Positions 40,462 through 51,901 of a stretch of DNA of 59,311 nucleotides are shown one piece after another. Each line of letters begins with the position of its first letter. Positions within the stretch are counted from its first letter, which is position 1. The notes beneath the pieces are model-generated. The model made no database searches. It was given only the letters and a program-made list of their open reading frames with translations, and was not told where the DNA came from. Position numbers and translations under genes: made by a program. The stretch comes from Basidiobolus ranarum (lineage: Eukaryota). Location: the NCBI GenBank assembly GCA_040143965.1, contig JASJQH010000008.1, positions 1-59,311 of the forward strand, given 5' to 3'.

Positions 40462-43231
40462 ATGGTTTGCTTTAAGATTAATGTAGTAATTATATACATA
40501 GGCTACTTAATATGTCTTGTTCAAACCTGGCTATTACTCCACTACCTTCTCTAAGTACTACATACTGATACTGTGTAATAATTCCGTGTAAATCGAGGTA
40601 GAATAAATGATTCTATTTAAGACAAGATTAATGGTCATATTCACGATACTTTGGGTAGAATACAATCCATTTGACTGGCAATGTCACTACTTATTTCGAC
40701 TTTTATTAGTAATTGTGCTGCCTTTCAACGTCAGTTGGTCATTTAATTGGGGGATGATCATCGCTCTAGTTCACACACTAGTTCTAGACATGATGTCAAC
40801 ATATGTTTTAATATTTTGTGGTAATCCGCTAATCATTTGTCACGCTGAGCCCTGTAACGTTACCCTAGATTCGATTCCTCGTATGAATGAAGACAGCGAC
40901 AAAAGCGTAACTAACAAAGACTGTTCAACGTAAGCCACAATGCTAGATATAATCACAATTCTGATGACAATGACAGTTATGGTGATGGTGATGACATTAG
41001 CTGAGTATTGCAGATCCTGAGAAGCTTCTTTTGGATTGAAGATGGTTGCCATGATTTGTTAGTGATGCAGACGACATTTGGCTCGCAGTGTTCTTTGTGT
41101 TGCTTCCAAATCAACTTTGTTTGATAAAGTGTACCGATTACCTTCTGCTTCCAGGAAATATTCGCTTCCAACCATTCTTCGTGACAAGCCTGATTATCAG
41201 CAGGTTTAATCAGAGTAAATAGGTTCCTACCCCATCTACTTTTACAGTCCCTCCTCACACATGCATTAAGGTAATAAGAAATTCTTGCTGGAATGCCAGT
41301 ATATTGGGAGCCCATTCAGAGGTATTCGGGACAAGCTACTGCTACTTCGAATTCACTGTCTATCATTTTTAGAAAGATAAATCATACAGCATATATGCAC
41401 TCCTTATCTCTACTCTTCGCAATAATTCTGACCAACATGCCAGTAGCGAACCGACAGTAGGTGTGGGTTTTGATGCAACATCTTCGTGTGTAATGAGCCA
41501 TCCATAGCAAGTATCGACCGTCTTGCATAAGGCAATTTGTTTTAGGAGGCATTATTCGAGTAACCAATGATAGGGGCTAAGGAGGCCTTGATCTGGAAAA
41601 ACTAAAATACAATAGTTTTCTCATCAAAACTAACCAGATTTTCAATAATGCCGTCGGTTTATATCCAAAACTAAACTCACGTTGTTTGTTAACCCCTTTA
41701 ACATTAGTGACATGAAACCTGGTTTACTTCGTATAGATAGTATTCTTGGACTGCCGACCACTCTTACGCTGTTGTCTCCACCAAATTCGAGTGGGAAAAT
41801 CAATTGAATTATCTGGCCGTAATACGATGGGAGAGCACCTACAATAAAGAAACCTGAGCACTACCAGAACACTTGCAGCAGTTCAAAGTTGTGTAGCGTA
41901 ACTTGATGTAAAGAAAAGAAGCACAAACAGGTAATACAAAGGAGCCTAATGTTGCAAATTCAGTCTATCAGAAACAAGCAGTTTCCAGAGTGACATTAGC
42001 TAAGCCACCGGGAAGTAATTGTATAGGGTATTATCAATCTAATAATAGTAAGAACGAGAAAAACCTGACGGCAAGAGATCTAAAACACTCTCCGCTTATC
42101 ATCCTTAATCTATCCATTTCCAATCGACCGGAAAGATATATTGCCATTTTCCACTCTGGCTGGATTTGTGAGAGTAATATAGCATTCCACCTACAGCGCT
42201 CAGGTGTAAACCAGTTCAGAAGTATTAAATGTAGCATGGTGGAAATTTCAACTCGCTTCAATATTCACTTGCATTGTGCATACCTGATCGACTCCATAAC
42301 TCGGACTTCCATAATTCGCTAATTAATGACCCTGAATCTAAAAATATAGCAGTGTCAAGCTTTGTTAATTTTGGGGCCTTTATGGTTGCACCGGAATGCT
42401 TGTACTAATCGTTAGCCAGATCTCAGCCACAAACCATACCCATCACTTTCCATTCTAGCCTCAACTTGCTGAGCTCATTAGGGGAGTTGGATATCTGTTT
42501 AGACAAAAGATTACCATACTAATAACCACCCGATATGGCACTCAGGTGACTTTCATACTACGGCTCATTCGCATGTGCTAGTCAGGCCTTGGCTGAAATC
42601 AATCCTAATGGAGATTCATACCTAACCCAACCTGTGTATGCCGAATATTATCCCGAATGTTAAAAATGCCATAGTTTCCTTAAACCCACATAGTGCTTAT
42701 TTGTATAGATGGAGTGAGTCATCGCTACATAAAGTCTCGGCTCAAGAGTGTCTGATTCTCTGACAAGGGCAAGACATGGTTTCTTCATTGTCACTCATGT
42801 TCATGTCAAGCCAAGGATTTTCATCGCACTAGAGATTACACCTGTAATAGATTTATGCAATGAACGGACCACACTTGCTGGCTTTTTACTCCTATTTCGT
42901 TTCTCCGCACTCTGCATGGGTTTGGTTTCTAAGGTGAACCCTTGCTATTCAGATGAAACAGCATCACTCCTCCTTTGACAATAATACAATATTTGACCCA
43001 ACGAACTGCACGCAAACATATCGCAGTCAGTCTCGACAACATCACTAATATTATGGGCATTGATAATGGGCATTGATGAAGCAATAAGACGCATTATGTA
43101 AAAGTTCAAACTTTAAGGCAGGTCCAAAACCTCAGCATTGAGCGAACGTTCTGACCAAAACAATGACCCAATGAAATTGAGACACTCATCATGCATAATT
43201 CACTTCATTCCCTATCCGGATTGATCCAGTG

Positions 43232-43302
43232 TAAGAACCTATTTCATGCATTATACACTGTACACTATTATATATAAGAACCTATTTCATGCATTATACA
43301 CT
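43232..43302. repeat. Exact 28-bp direct repeat, two copies
   Basis: TAAGAACCTATTTCATGCATTATACACT at 43232-43259 and 43275-43302. Confidence 0.9.
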
Positions 43303-44107
43303 ACACTGTCCCCATCTCCCTGAAGGGCCATACCGAGCACCGGGATCATTGCAATCATTCATTGTATTTGCCTGTTACAAGAATCATTATACATCTTTTG
43401 TAGATTGCTTTGATTCGCTGCGCTCCATTTGGCCGTGGACTCGGGTCCTGTTCCAAAAAGAAACCGTTTCAAATGTTATCACTATTAAATCACTTGCTTA
43501 GCATTTAAGCTGATGCATTGAATACCAAAAATGACTTATTGATTTAATTTATACATAACTGAATGGCCTACCCCATATTAGGAATCAGGGTCAGCAAGGT
43601 ATACCCGATATTTCTGATTCCAAAGCCAATCACAGCGGCATCAAGCTAAACGATCATCCGATGCTAGTCACAAAAGCATTCTTAATAGAATTAGATCATT
43701 AAGAATAGATAAGACAGGTGGGCAGGTTGAATGAGACCTAGATGGATTTGGGACGGATAGGAGGGGCGGAGGTTAGTCCAGATTTACCAGGGTATACTCA
43801 CTTTTCTCCCACATATCTTGTTTTTATACATGTTTGATATTGAAACCAATGACTTTTTATCTTGAGAATTATTGATTGTTGTTCCTTGATCATATTGGAG
43901 GATATCGGGGATCATTAATGCGCTCCCAATTTCCTCTATAAAAGAAGGTCAGCTGCCTTGGTCTGGCGATCAGGCTCACTGTTACCAATTTCAAATCTAA
44001 GCCTTTCGCTTCATCTTTGAATTCTGCTATATCGTTGCTTTACGGTCATCTTTGTAAATCTTGTATATATACCAATCCCTTTTTAGTAACAAGACTTTGA
44101 ATTGAAT

Positions 44108-45022
44108 ATGACTGCTACCAATATGAACCAAGGTGTCGCTGAGGGTGAAGTTAGTGATGTGTTTGACGCATTCATTGATTCTAAGTATGTGTCGGAGCCA
44201 CAAAACCCGGATTTGAGTAATGCTGATTTGTTTCGCTTATACTTTGGAAGTGAGTTGACCAGTCAACTTCCACCAAACAGTCAAATTGCTCCATCCTTGA
44301 GTAATTTAAAGACCGAATCTACTGATATTGATATGCTTCTCGGCAATCTTCTTGGCTCTGAACCAACACAACAATTCGGAGTAGCAGAGTCTACACTATT
44401 GTATGGTGCACCAAACTTGATGCACTCTACTCCGCCAGCTGCAATTACTCCAGCTCCTGCTGTAAACCCCAAAAATACCACCACTTCTTTTACTCCATCC
44501 TCTCCTACTACATCCCCCCTTCCTATCGCTCCATCTCCTCCCAAAATTGTTCACCGTACTCCATCAGCTGAGTTAGAGGCTGAGCTTGACCCTGCCAACC
44601 CCAATTTTCAAAATCTTAGTTCAAAAGAGCGTAGACAGCTACGTAACAAGATATCTGCTAGAAACTTTCGTGTCAGAAGAAAGGAATATATCTCTACACT
44701 GGAGCTACAAGTTCAGCAACATCAAAATGAGATCAAATCCATTCGTGACTCCTTGTCCAAAGCTGAGGATGAAAACAAACGTTTACGCCTTGAGCTAGAG
44801 GCAATGCGTCAGAAAACGGATGCCCACGTCCCCAACAATGAAGCGGACTCTCCTGTAGCTATGGAAATTGAGGTGAAGGAAGAAAAGAATGTAAATTCAT
44901 CGTTATTCAAACTTAAAACTGGAGTTAGCTCTCTTTCCAGCACTGAGCCTTTTAACAAGGATATTCCAAACTCTTCCTGTGCCTCTCCACGGTGGCAAGA
45001 TAGCCGAGTTATCGTTCGTTAA
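44108..45022 (+). CDS. bZIP transcription factor, intronless
   Basis: LSSKERRQLRNKISARNFRVRRKEYISTLE followed by a heptad zipper; Pro/Ser-rich N-terminal region. Confidence 0.92.
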   Translation: MTATNMNQGVAEGEVSDVFDAFIDSKYVSEPQNPDLSNADLFRLYFGSELTSQLPPNSQIAPSLSNLKTESTDIDMLLGNLLGSEPTQQFGVAESTLLYGAPNLMHSTPPAAITPAPAVNPKNTTTSFTPSSPTTSPLPIAPSPPKIVHRTPSAELEAELDPANPNFQNLSSKERRQLRNKISARNFRVRRKEYISTLELQVQQHQNEIKSIRDSLSKAEDENKRLRLELEAMRQKTDAHVPNNEADSPVAMEIEVKEEKNVNSSLFKLKTGVSSLSSTEPFNKDIPNSSCASPRWQDSRVIVR

Positions 45023-45610
45023 ATTCACTTCCCTGTATATTACTCAACTCAAAAAACATATTTCTCCATAATGTTTATCTAAAAATCACCCTACCTCAGA
45101 TGTATCCTTCTTTCACGCTTGATTATTTGTCGAGTTAGTGTCACCATCGGACCATTCAGCCCTTCCACTTGTATATAGCATCCAAAGAGAGATGGATAAT
45201 CTCTCTTCACCTGTTACACCCCCTTTGGTTCTGTGGTCCTCTACAAATTGATTCCCCAACTATTGGTACATCAAAAATTCGTCACTGGTTCCAAGTTTTC
45301 GTTACTTTTTGAACTGCTCCTCATTAAAAACCTTGAAACTTCACATCTGCGAACATATCTGTATTCTATTGCATATGTTGCATCCAAGTCACCAATTACT
45401 TTCAACAAATGATATTAACGTTTATGATTATTCCGATACAAATGATAATCATTATATGCGAGTAATATTTGTGTTCAATCAATTTATTTATAAACTATTT
45501 ATATCTGGACAGAGGATTTACAACCTAATATTAAGTAATTCAAATCAAAATTAGTGAAACATGTTTAAGAAAGTTCGAAAGAATTTTCAAGAAAATCAAA
45601 ATCCATAATA

Positions 45611-45686
45611 TCAGATAGGAGCGAAAGATAGATAAACAAACATAGTACTTAGTAAGAGTACTTCAGTTGAACTATGTAATCATCAT
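45611..45686 (-). ncRNA. snR60: Box C/D snoRNA, SNORD80/snR60 family, copy 5
   Basis: Minus strand ATGATGA (C) ..ACATAGTTCAA-CTGA (D') ..TCTTTCGCTCCTAT-CTGA (D); guides complementary to LSU rRNA UGAACUAUG and AUAGGGGCGAAAGA. Confidence 0.9.
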
Positions 45687-45863
45687 AATGGATATACGAA
45701 TAATAGATAATGTTCTTTTGACTTACCATGAGATTATGGGGTTTTTACATGAGCTAGAAATAGCGAGTATTCGGTTAAGTTATGGTACATCTGAGAATAA
45801 ATAATTATTAGTTATGGATCATCATAGAGAATATGGCGATTTCATGTAGAAAAATTCTTCGGT

Positions 45864-45939
45864 TCAGATAGGAGCGAAAGATAGATAAACAAACATGGTA
45901 CTTAGTAAGAGTACTTCAGTTGAACTATGTTATCATCAC
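45864..45939 (-). ncRNA. snR60: Box C/D snoRNA, SNORD80/snR60 family, copy 4
   Basis: GTGATGA C box; same D'/D boxes and guides. Confidence 0.9.
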
Positions 45940-46115
45940 ATTGATAGAAATTTGTATCATGGAGAGGGGATAGTCAAGTAACATTTGCTTACATTTTACA
46001 TTCGACACTCGAAGCTCAGCCAAGGTAAATTGTTCAGTGTTACAATCTATGAATACTATAGAATTGTTAGAAAATAGAATAAATAAATATCAAGAAAATC
46101 TTTCAAAAAAAGTCG

Positions 46116-46191
46116 TCAGATAGGAGCGAAAGATAGATAAACAAACATAGTGCTTAGTAAGAGCACTTCAGTTGAACTATGTAATCATCAT
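46116..46191 (-). ncRNA. snR60: Box C/D snoRNA, SNORD80/snR60 family, copy 3
   Basis: Same boxes and guides; internal hairpin variant AGTGCT..AGCACT. Confidence 0.9.
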
Positions 46192-46355
46192 AATAACTAA
46201 AGAAATGAACAACTATGTGAATATTTGACTTACATTCATGCTCAGTTCAATATATCCCACTCCGAAAGGAGAATGATGGTTATATCTATGAATTCTTTAC
46301 AAAGAGTTAGTGATCCGGTTGTGAAGATAAGAAGTTGAAAATTCATGTAAAAGTA

Positions 46356-46431
46356 TCAGATAGGAGCGAAAGATAGATAAACAAACATAGTGCTTAGTAA
46401 GAGCACTTCAGTTGAACTATGTAATCATCAT
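46356..46431 (-). ncRNA. snR60: Box C/D snoRNA, SNORD80/snR60 family, copy 2
   Basis: Identical to copy 3 across the 76-nt core. Confidence 0.9.
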
Positions 46432-46603
46432 AATAATGATAAAAAAGAATTAATATTGTAATCATTTAACCTACATTTGAACTGCTGAGTTGAAAATATC
46501 TCTCTCGGAAGGGTGGTTCCCTTGAGGTTTTTACCTAAGAAATCTTTATAAAATGTTAGTGATACGGTTTCGAAGATGGAAATTTAAAAATCTTGTAAAA
46601 GTA

Positions 46604-46679
46604 TCAGATAGGAGCGAAAGATAGATAAACAAACATGGTGCTTAGTAAGAGCACTTCAGTTGAACTATGTAATCATCAT
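46604..46679 (-). ncRNA. snR60: Box C/D snoRNA, SNORD80/snR60 family, copy 1
   Basis: Same boxes and guides; lies in the first intron (46726-46535). Confidence 0.9.
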
Positions 46680-46776
46680 AATAACTATAAAAAAATCGAT
46701 ATTCAATGGAATTTGTTAATACTCACCATTGTTTGGTAGAAGGGATTGGAAGAAACTTGAAAGAATATAGACTTAA

Positions 46777-46784
46777 TATTTATA
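46777..46784 (-). promoter_or_regulatory. Putative TATA box of the snoRNA host gene
   Basis: TATAAATA on the minus strand, about 25 nt upstream of a pyrimidine-rich tract (TTTCTTCC) that precedes the first donor. Confidence 0.5.
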
Positions 46785-47295
46785 CATCTCCCAACTAACC
46801 TTTCGTCTTTAACCAAAAAAAAAAAATGGAAAAAAGGTGGATTAATACTGGGGGATCCCTGCTTGTACATCCCTGTTTAAGTGAAAATGATGGAGGAATC
46901 CAAATAAGTAAATTAAATAATATCTCATAAATCAGTATTTCACATGAGTAATCGAAAGTGGATATTTGTTTGAAGATGAATGTGGTTAAGTCAATTACTA
47001 TTGATGATGGAAAATAGAAAATATTCAACTTTTAAAATAGAAAATAGAATTTTATATCTAAGAACGTAACTAATATTCTATTGAGCATTCATTGTTTGTT
47101 TACCTTTGACAGTAGGAAAATTATCGAGACCCAAAGGTTCTTGTCATTCCTACCATTTCAATATACGAAAAGGGTTCACGAGATAGTTATTGTACTTTTT
47201 AAGATCCATCGACTGACAACAAAGCGATTAACTCATGGTGAACTTCTCTGGTATTTCTTGAGATGAATATTTCCTCTTCAAACTTTCAATGATTA

Positions 47296-49581
47296 ATGAT
47301 TTTCGATGTCCACCCAATTCTAATAGCTCAAGCACATTTACCTCCGGATGCGAACGAAGTCACCTTGGCCGAAGTTAATTTCGAGCTATGTATGTCTGGT
47401 TTATTCTTACTCTCAAGGCATTTCAGCTATCACCATTATTTACCTTGTAACCTTCCATTTGTTTAGTAACTCTCAAGGGACCACAAGATCCAAATGTTAA
47501 CAAATACGCTCGGGCTGAGGTAACATTTGGCTCGTATTTAGGATTTTTTTGCTATGGTGTTAAACTATATTCCAATAGGGTGTTATATATCCTCATATTA
47601 TTGTTCCATACGATGTTCGTCAACCCGCTAGAGCTGTTCCCATTCAACGTCCCCTCGGATTAAAGAATGCTCCAGTAACTGTAAAACCTTGGTGGGAGAA
47701 TAGTATAGAGAAAATTCCTTTATGGTTGGTAGTGTTCCTTAGAGTTTAACTTACGGAATGGAATTTAATCTGGACTCTCAATAGGAAAATCAAAGATTTG
47801 ATTCAATATGGATTGAACATGGTGGAAGAGTTTATCGAACCTTTTAAGACTTCTTTCATGGAGGTAGAGATATATAATAGATATCTGCGTAAAGTTTAGG
47901 AACTAATGGCAAACTTGTATAGACCACAGCAACCCTACCTTCAGATCAAAAATCCCATAGCCCAGTAAAGTGTTACTCTTGGCATCCATATAAGCAAATG
48001 TTTGCTATTGCTCATAGAATGGATGTGGTTTATGTGTATGATATGAATTCCGAAGGTACGCGAACATATTGCTTGATTTATAGTAGCTATCTTAGCATAA
48101 CACTATCCAAAGCCTTGCTAACACTATTGTCCGCTTTTTGAACATTTGAAATAGCATGGTTCCCACAAGGTCTTACTCACGAATTTCAGAAAAATATCAC
48201 GTGCCTCGAATGGAAACCAAATGCCGGTGCCACTTTGGCCGTTGCTACTAGGTATACTGCATTTTTCCATTCAACTTGTAGATCTTTTATTAACTTTCCT
48301 CTTAGTAATGGCGTTTGTTTATGGAGATTATCGTTGGATTCTAATGAGGGGGTGACTCGTGATCCTTTGACTTCTACCACAGTCCCCTCTATCTCATATA
48401 CTAGAGAGTCAGAAGGAGCCAGACCTGCGTGGATGAACTTCTTAAAATACCCTGGACACACACAAATCAGCTCATTGTCTTGGGATCCTTCAGGGCAATA
48501 TCTTGCCACTGGTTCTGCAGCTGATGGGTCAGTACTTGTTTGGGATGTTGCCTTAGAAAGCGCAGTCCCATTAAGAAGAATTGGCGGTGGTGTAGTTGCC
48601 ATGGCATGGAGTCCAAATGGGGCGTACCTATGTGTTGCTCATGTGTATGTATCAATTTTGGATGAGTATTTTATTGAACTTCATAATAACCCATGATTCA
48701 TAGCAACAAAGTGATCAGAATTTGGGAGACAAAAACTTGGGAAAGCCGAACACTAGCTAATCTTAAAGGTTCACCTAAGGTATAAAAGGATATCCGGTTT
48801 ATATATAGTAGAGTAATTGGTCATGTAGTTGAGACTAACCTTCTCCATCAGAGTATCTGTTGGTCCCCAGATAGCCGTAACCTACTTTTCTCCATTCAAG
48901 GAGAGGCGGTTATTCGCATCATTCATTTGGTGAAACCAGCCCCTTATCTTGACTTCCAGACTAGCGCACCTCAGGATTTGACTGAATTCTCAGCACAAAC
49001 TGCCACAGGAAATGTAGTAACGTGAGTATATATTCCTCTTTTCTACACCTTTGTATCCACTGTTGACCCATTACTTTCCTTGTTAGTGTCGGTGGACCAA
49101 TTCGACAGCTCGTTCTTGATCGTACTGGGGAACGATTGATCGTTAGTTTCGACGGAGATGCGGATGGCTCCGAACTGTTGGCCATCTTCCTTGTAAGACC
49201 AACATCGTGGTTGGGTGATACCAATCCCTTAATGCCCAGGTAAGAACATAAATAGAGTGTTTGTAGATGATCAAGAGAGTAATGCTTATGATTTGTATTA
49301 GTGGGTTCATCCGAGGACCTTGTTGGGGAATAGCTGAAGCGCATCCAGAAGTTGAACATCTTCCAAAAGCAGTGACAATGCAATTCGCAAATCAATTCTC
49401 TCGAGGATCTCTGCTTAGTGTGGTAAGATAAACGGACTATATTTCAATGAAGCTCTTACTCTTTTACTAAAAACAGAACAATCTTTAGTGTTGGGAGAAT
49501 GGAAAGATCGGGTTTATTCCTTTTTACTTCACTTCCGAATCCAAGCTGCGCAAGTCTAATGATGGATTACGTGGTTGGTGA
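47296..49581 (+). CDS. AAAS: ALADIN (AAAS)-like WD40 nucleoporin, many exons
   Basis: N-terminal LPPDANEVTLAEVNFEL, SWHPYKQMFAIA, FQKNITCLEWKPNAGATLAVA, YPGHTQISSLSWDPSG, LRRIGGGVVAMAWSPNG, IRIWETKTW, VGGPIRQLVLDRTGERLIVSF, GFIRGP, C-terminal GSLLSV|CWENGKIGFIPFYF. Confidence 0.85.
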
Positions 49582-49760
49582 GTTATGTTCAGGAATTCGC
49601 ATGTAAGAGATTTGTTCGATCATTCGTAGCCCTAAACGAACTTCTCTCCTTTCCCTTCCTTAATGTGACTTGGAAATGAATTTGTATAGAAATTAAAGAA
49701 CATTTACTACAGTTTAACCAAATAAAAGATGAATTTATTAGGAAGATTCACAAGATATAA

Positions 49761-50284
49761 TTAGTTTACACCAATCAATTCAACTTCGAAAATCAAAGTA
49801 GCATTGGGTGGGATGGAACCGGGGAAACCACGTTCGCCATAAGCATAATCTCCAGTAATGGTAAGTTTGGAAACTTCACCAACGGACATTTGGGGGACAC
49901 CTTTTAACACAGGTGAATCATATTTAATAAGTTTTCCTCAAGTTAAACAAATACTCTTGAAACTACCTTCTTCCCAACCACGAATTACTTGACCGACACC
50001 AATTCTGCAGGAGAATGGCTTTCCACGATCACGAGAAGAGTCGAACTTGTTACCGTTCTCAAGCTAAATAGATTCAAAAGAGATAAATATCTGGGGATTT
50101 TTATATCAATAAAACGAAATCTAACTTACAGTTCCTACATAGTGGATGGTAACTTGATCACCCTTTATCATAAATAACGGTTAGAGTTGAAACATTGGGG
50201 AAAAACTTTACGTTGTTCTTTACTAACCTTCTTGGGGAAAGTTTTACCATCACCAGCTTTGATAACTTCACGAGTAACTCCCAT
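49761..50284 (-). CDS. FPR1: FKBP12 peptidyl-prolyl isomerase, 4 exons, missed by the ORF track
   Basis: [88 protein letters not shown]. Confidence 0.96.
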
Positions 50285-50958
50285 ATTGATAATAAAAAGA
50301 AGATAAGAAACTAGTGTGGCTCTTGTTGGAATTTAAACTAGTGTTTTCCATCTAGCCAATCAACAGGTTTGTGTTGATATGACGTTTCTTCATGAACTAG
50401 CTCACGCATATCTTACGGGGGTTTGAATCAATAAGTAGCATTGATATTCATCCCCTACAATCAATCCAATTTAGATCCAAAGCCATTTCCGTAATATATA
50501 CAACAATATCTTGTTCCTTGGCTTGGCATGGAAAATCAGTCAAGTCCCACCAAGGAATCAAGAGATATTTCCTCTTGGATAAATATAGAACCAAGAATGA
50601 AAGTTACCTCATGGCTAATAAAATTCTTCGATGCTGAATGGTTTCATTGGTTCTTTAAGCCTTGTTCAATGGATATATACATATTAGCGGATATATATTA
50701 GATTTGGAATTCTGGACTTCAAATTATATTATGGCATTAAGAGATAATCCTTGTAATATTAATCCAATCGTTTCATCATAAATCTAAATATAGGGATAAA
50801 TTAATGGATACATGGAATGGTCATATGATAAACCTTCGAGATAAGTCATATGTTAATGGACTAATTTAGTGGATGGTCCACAATTCTCGGTCTACGTTCG
50901 AATTATAAATGAGTGGAATATTGGGTGTGGTTCCTTTCAACCCTTTTTCATTAGAATA

Positions 50959-51901
50959 ATGTCTGACTATCCTCCCAACCAAGGTAACCCTGAACATAAC
51001 CAAGGCTCCCAAGCCCCCTTCCCCGGTGGCTTTAACTTTGGAGGTCAACCACCACAGGAACAACAGCGTGGAATGGGCGGCAGCTCCACACAAGCTCATG
51101 GAGGCCCTTATAGCCCTCCTCCAACTCAAGGCTCACCAAACGGTGCTCAAAATACCTCCTATGGTCTGCCACCACCTCAACAGGGTGGTTCACATTGCCC
51201 ACCAAACGGTGCTCAAAGTAACTCCAATCAGCTACCACCAGGTGTAGCTGTTTGTCCACCACATCCTAACGGTAATCCAAAACCACCTTATGACTGGATT
51301 TACGCCTCCGGAGGGTATGTATTTAGAATAATTTGCACGTTATTGGTATTTTTGAGTAAAACCTTGTATACTAACCTAACCTAAACTTTTCACTTCCTTT
51401 AGTGCCATCCCACCTAACGCAGTTCAAGGTGGTGTAGAGTCAGACGGAAAACCCTTGTTCATTGCTAGGTAAGGGTTTAAATGAAATTCATGGTTTATTT
51501 AGTGAATTATTCAATTAAATTTTATACTTTGGTTTTTTTTGTATTGAAGACAATTTTATCAAGGTGGCTTACATGTTGGTAAAGCTGCACCACATCTTAA
51601 ATCTATCTCTATCGGTTACGGTGGTAAGGAGATCAACTTGAAGGATTACTACGTCCTATGTGGAGATGCTCGTCAACTACGTTGGGTCGAATGTCACGGT
51701 GTATGCAAACCAGATAATTGGAGACCTATCGAAGCTGGTCATGAAAGTGATGGAAAGCCACTCTTCGTATCTAAAACTCGTTACGATGGAGGTGAGCATG
51801 TCGGTAAAGCAGGCACCCATCTGAACGGTGGAATGTCCTTCGGTTTCGGTGGCAAAGAAAAGACCACTAAAGACTCCTACTTCGTTTTAGCATATTTGTA
51901 G
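50959..51901 (+). CDS. DM9-repeat (DUF3421-type) protein with Pro/Gly/Gln-rich N-terminus, 3 exons
   Basis: WIYASGG|AIPPNAVQGGVESDGKPLFIAR|QFYQGGLHVGKA..IGYGGKE..YYVL; second repeat WVE..PIEAGHESDGKPLFVSK..GEHVGKA..FGFGGKE..YFVL. Confidence 0.88.

Larger units (their letters stand above)
45480..46760 (-). ncRNA. Spliced, essentially non-coding snoRNA host gene (6 exons, 5 snoRNA-bearing introns)
   Basis: Exon 1 ends at 46727; internal exons are 46534-46475, 46285-46234, 46046-45993 and 45790-45727; the last exon starts at 45524. Donors GTGAGT/GTAGGT/GTAAGT/GTAAGC/GTAAGT, CTAAY branch sites, YAG acceptors, AATAAA at 45488-45483. The spliced ORF is only 22 codons. Confidence 0.8.

Noticed and set aside
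40887-40964. Possible additional C/D snoRNA (ATGAAGA...CTGA)
   Set aside because: Imperfect C box, no recognisable rRNA guide and no terminal stem
40840-42322. Short ORFs of 60-112 aa between URM1 and the bZIP gene
   Set aside because: No recognisable domains, biased composition and no consistent splice pattern
45611-46679. CRISPR array interpretation of the regularly spaced repeats
   Set aside because: Repeats (76 nt) and spacers (about 165-177 nt) are too long, spacers are partly homologous and contain splice signals, there are no cas genes, the context is eukaryotic, and the repeats carry C/D boxes with rRNA guides
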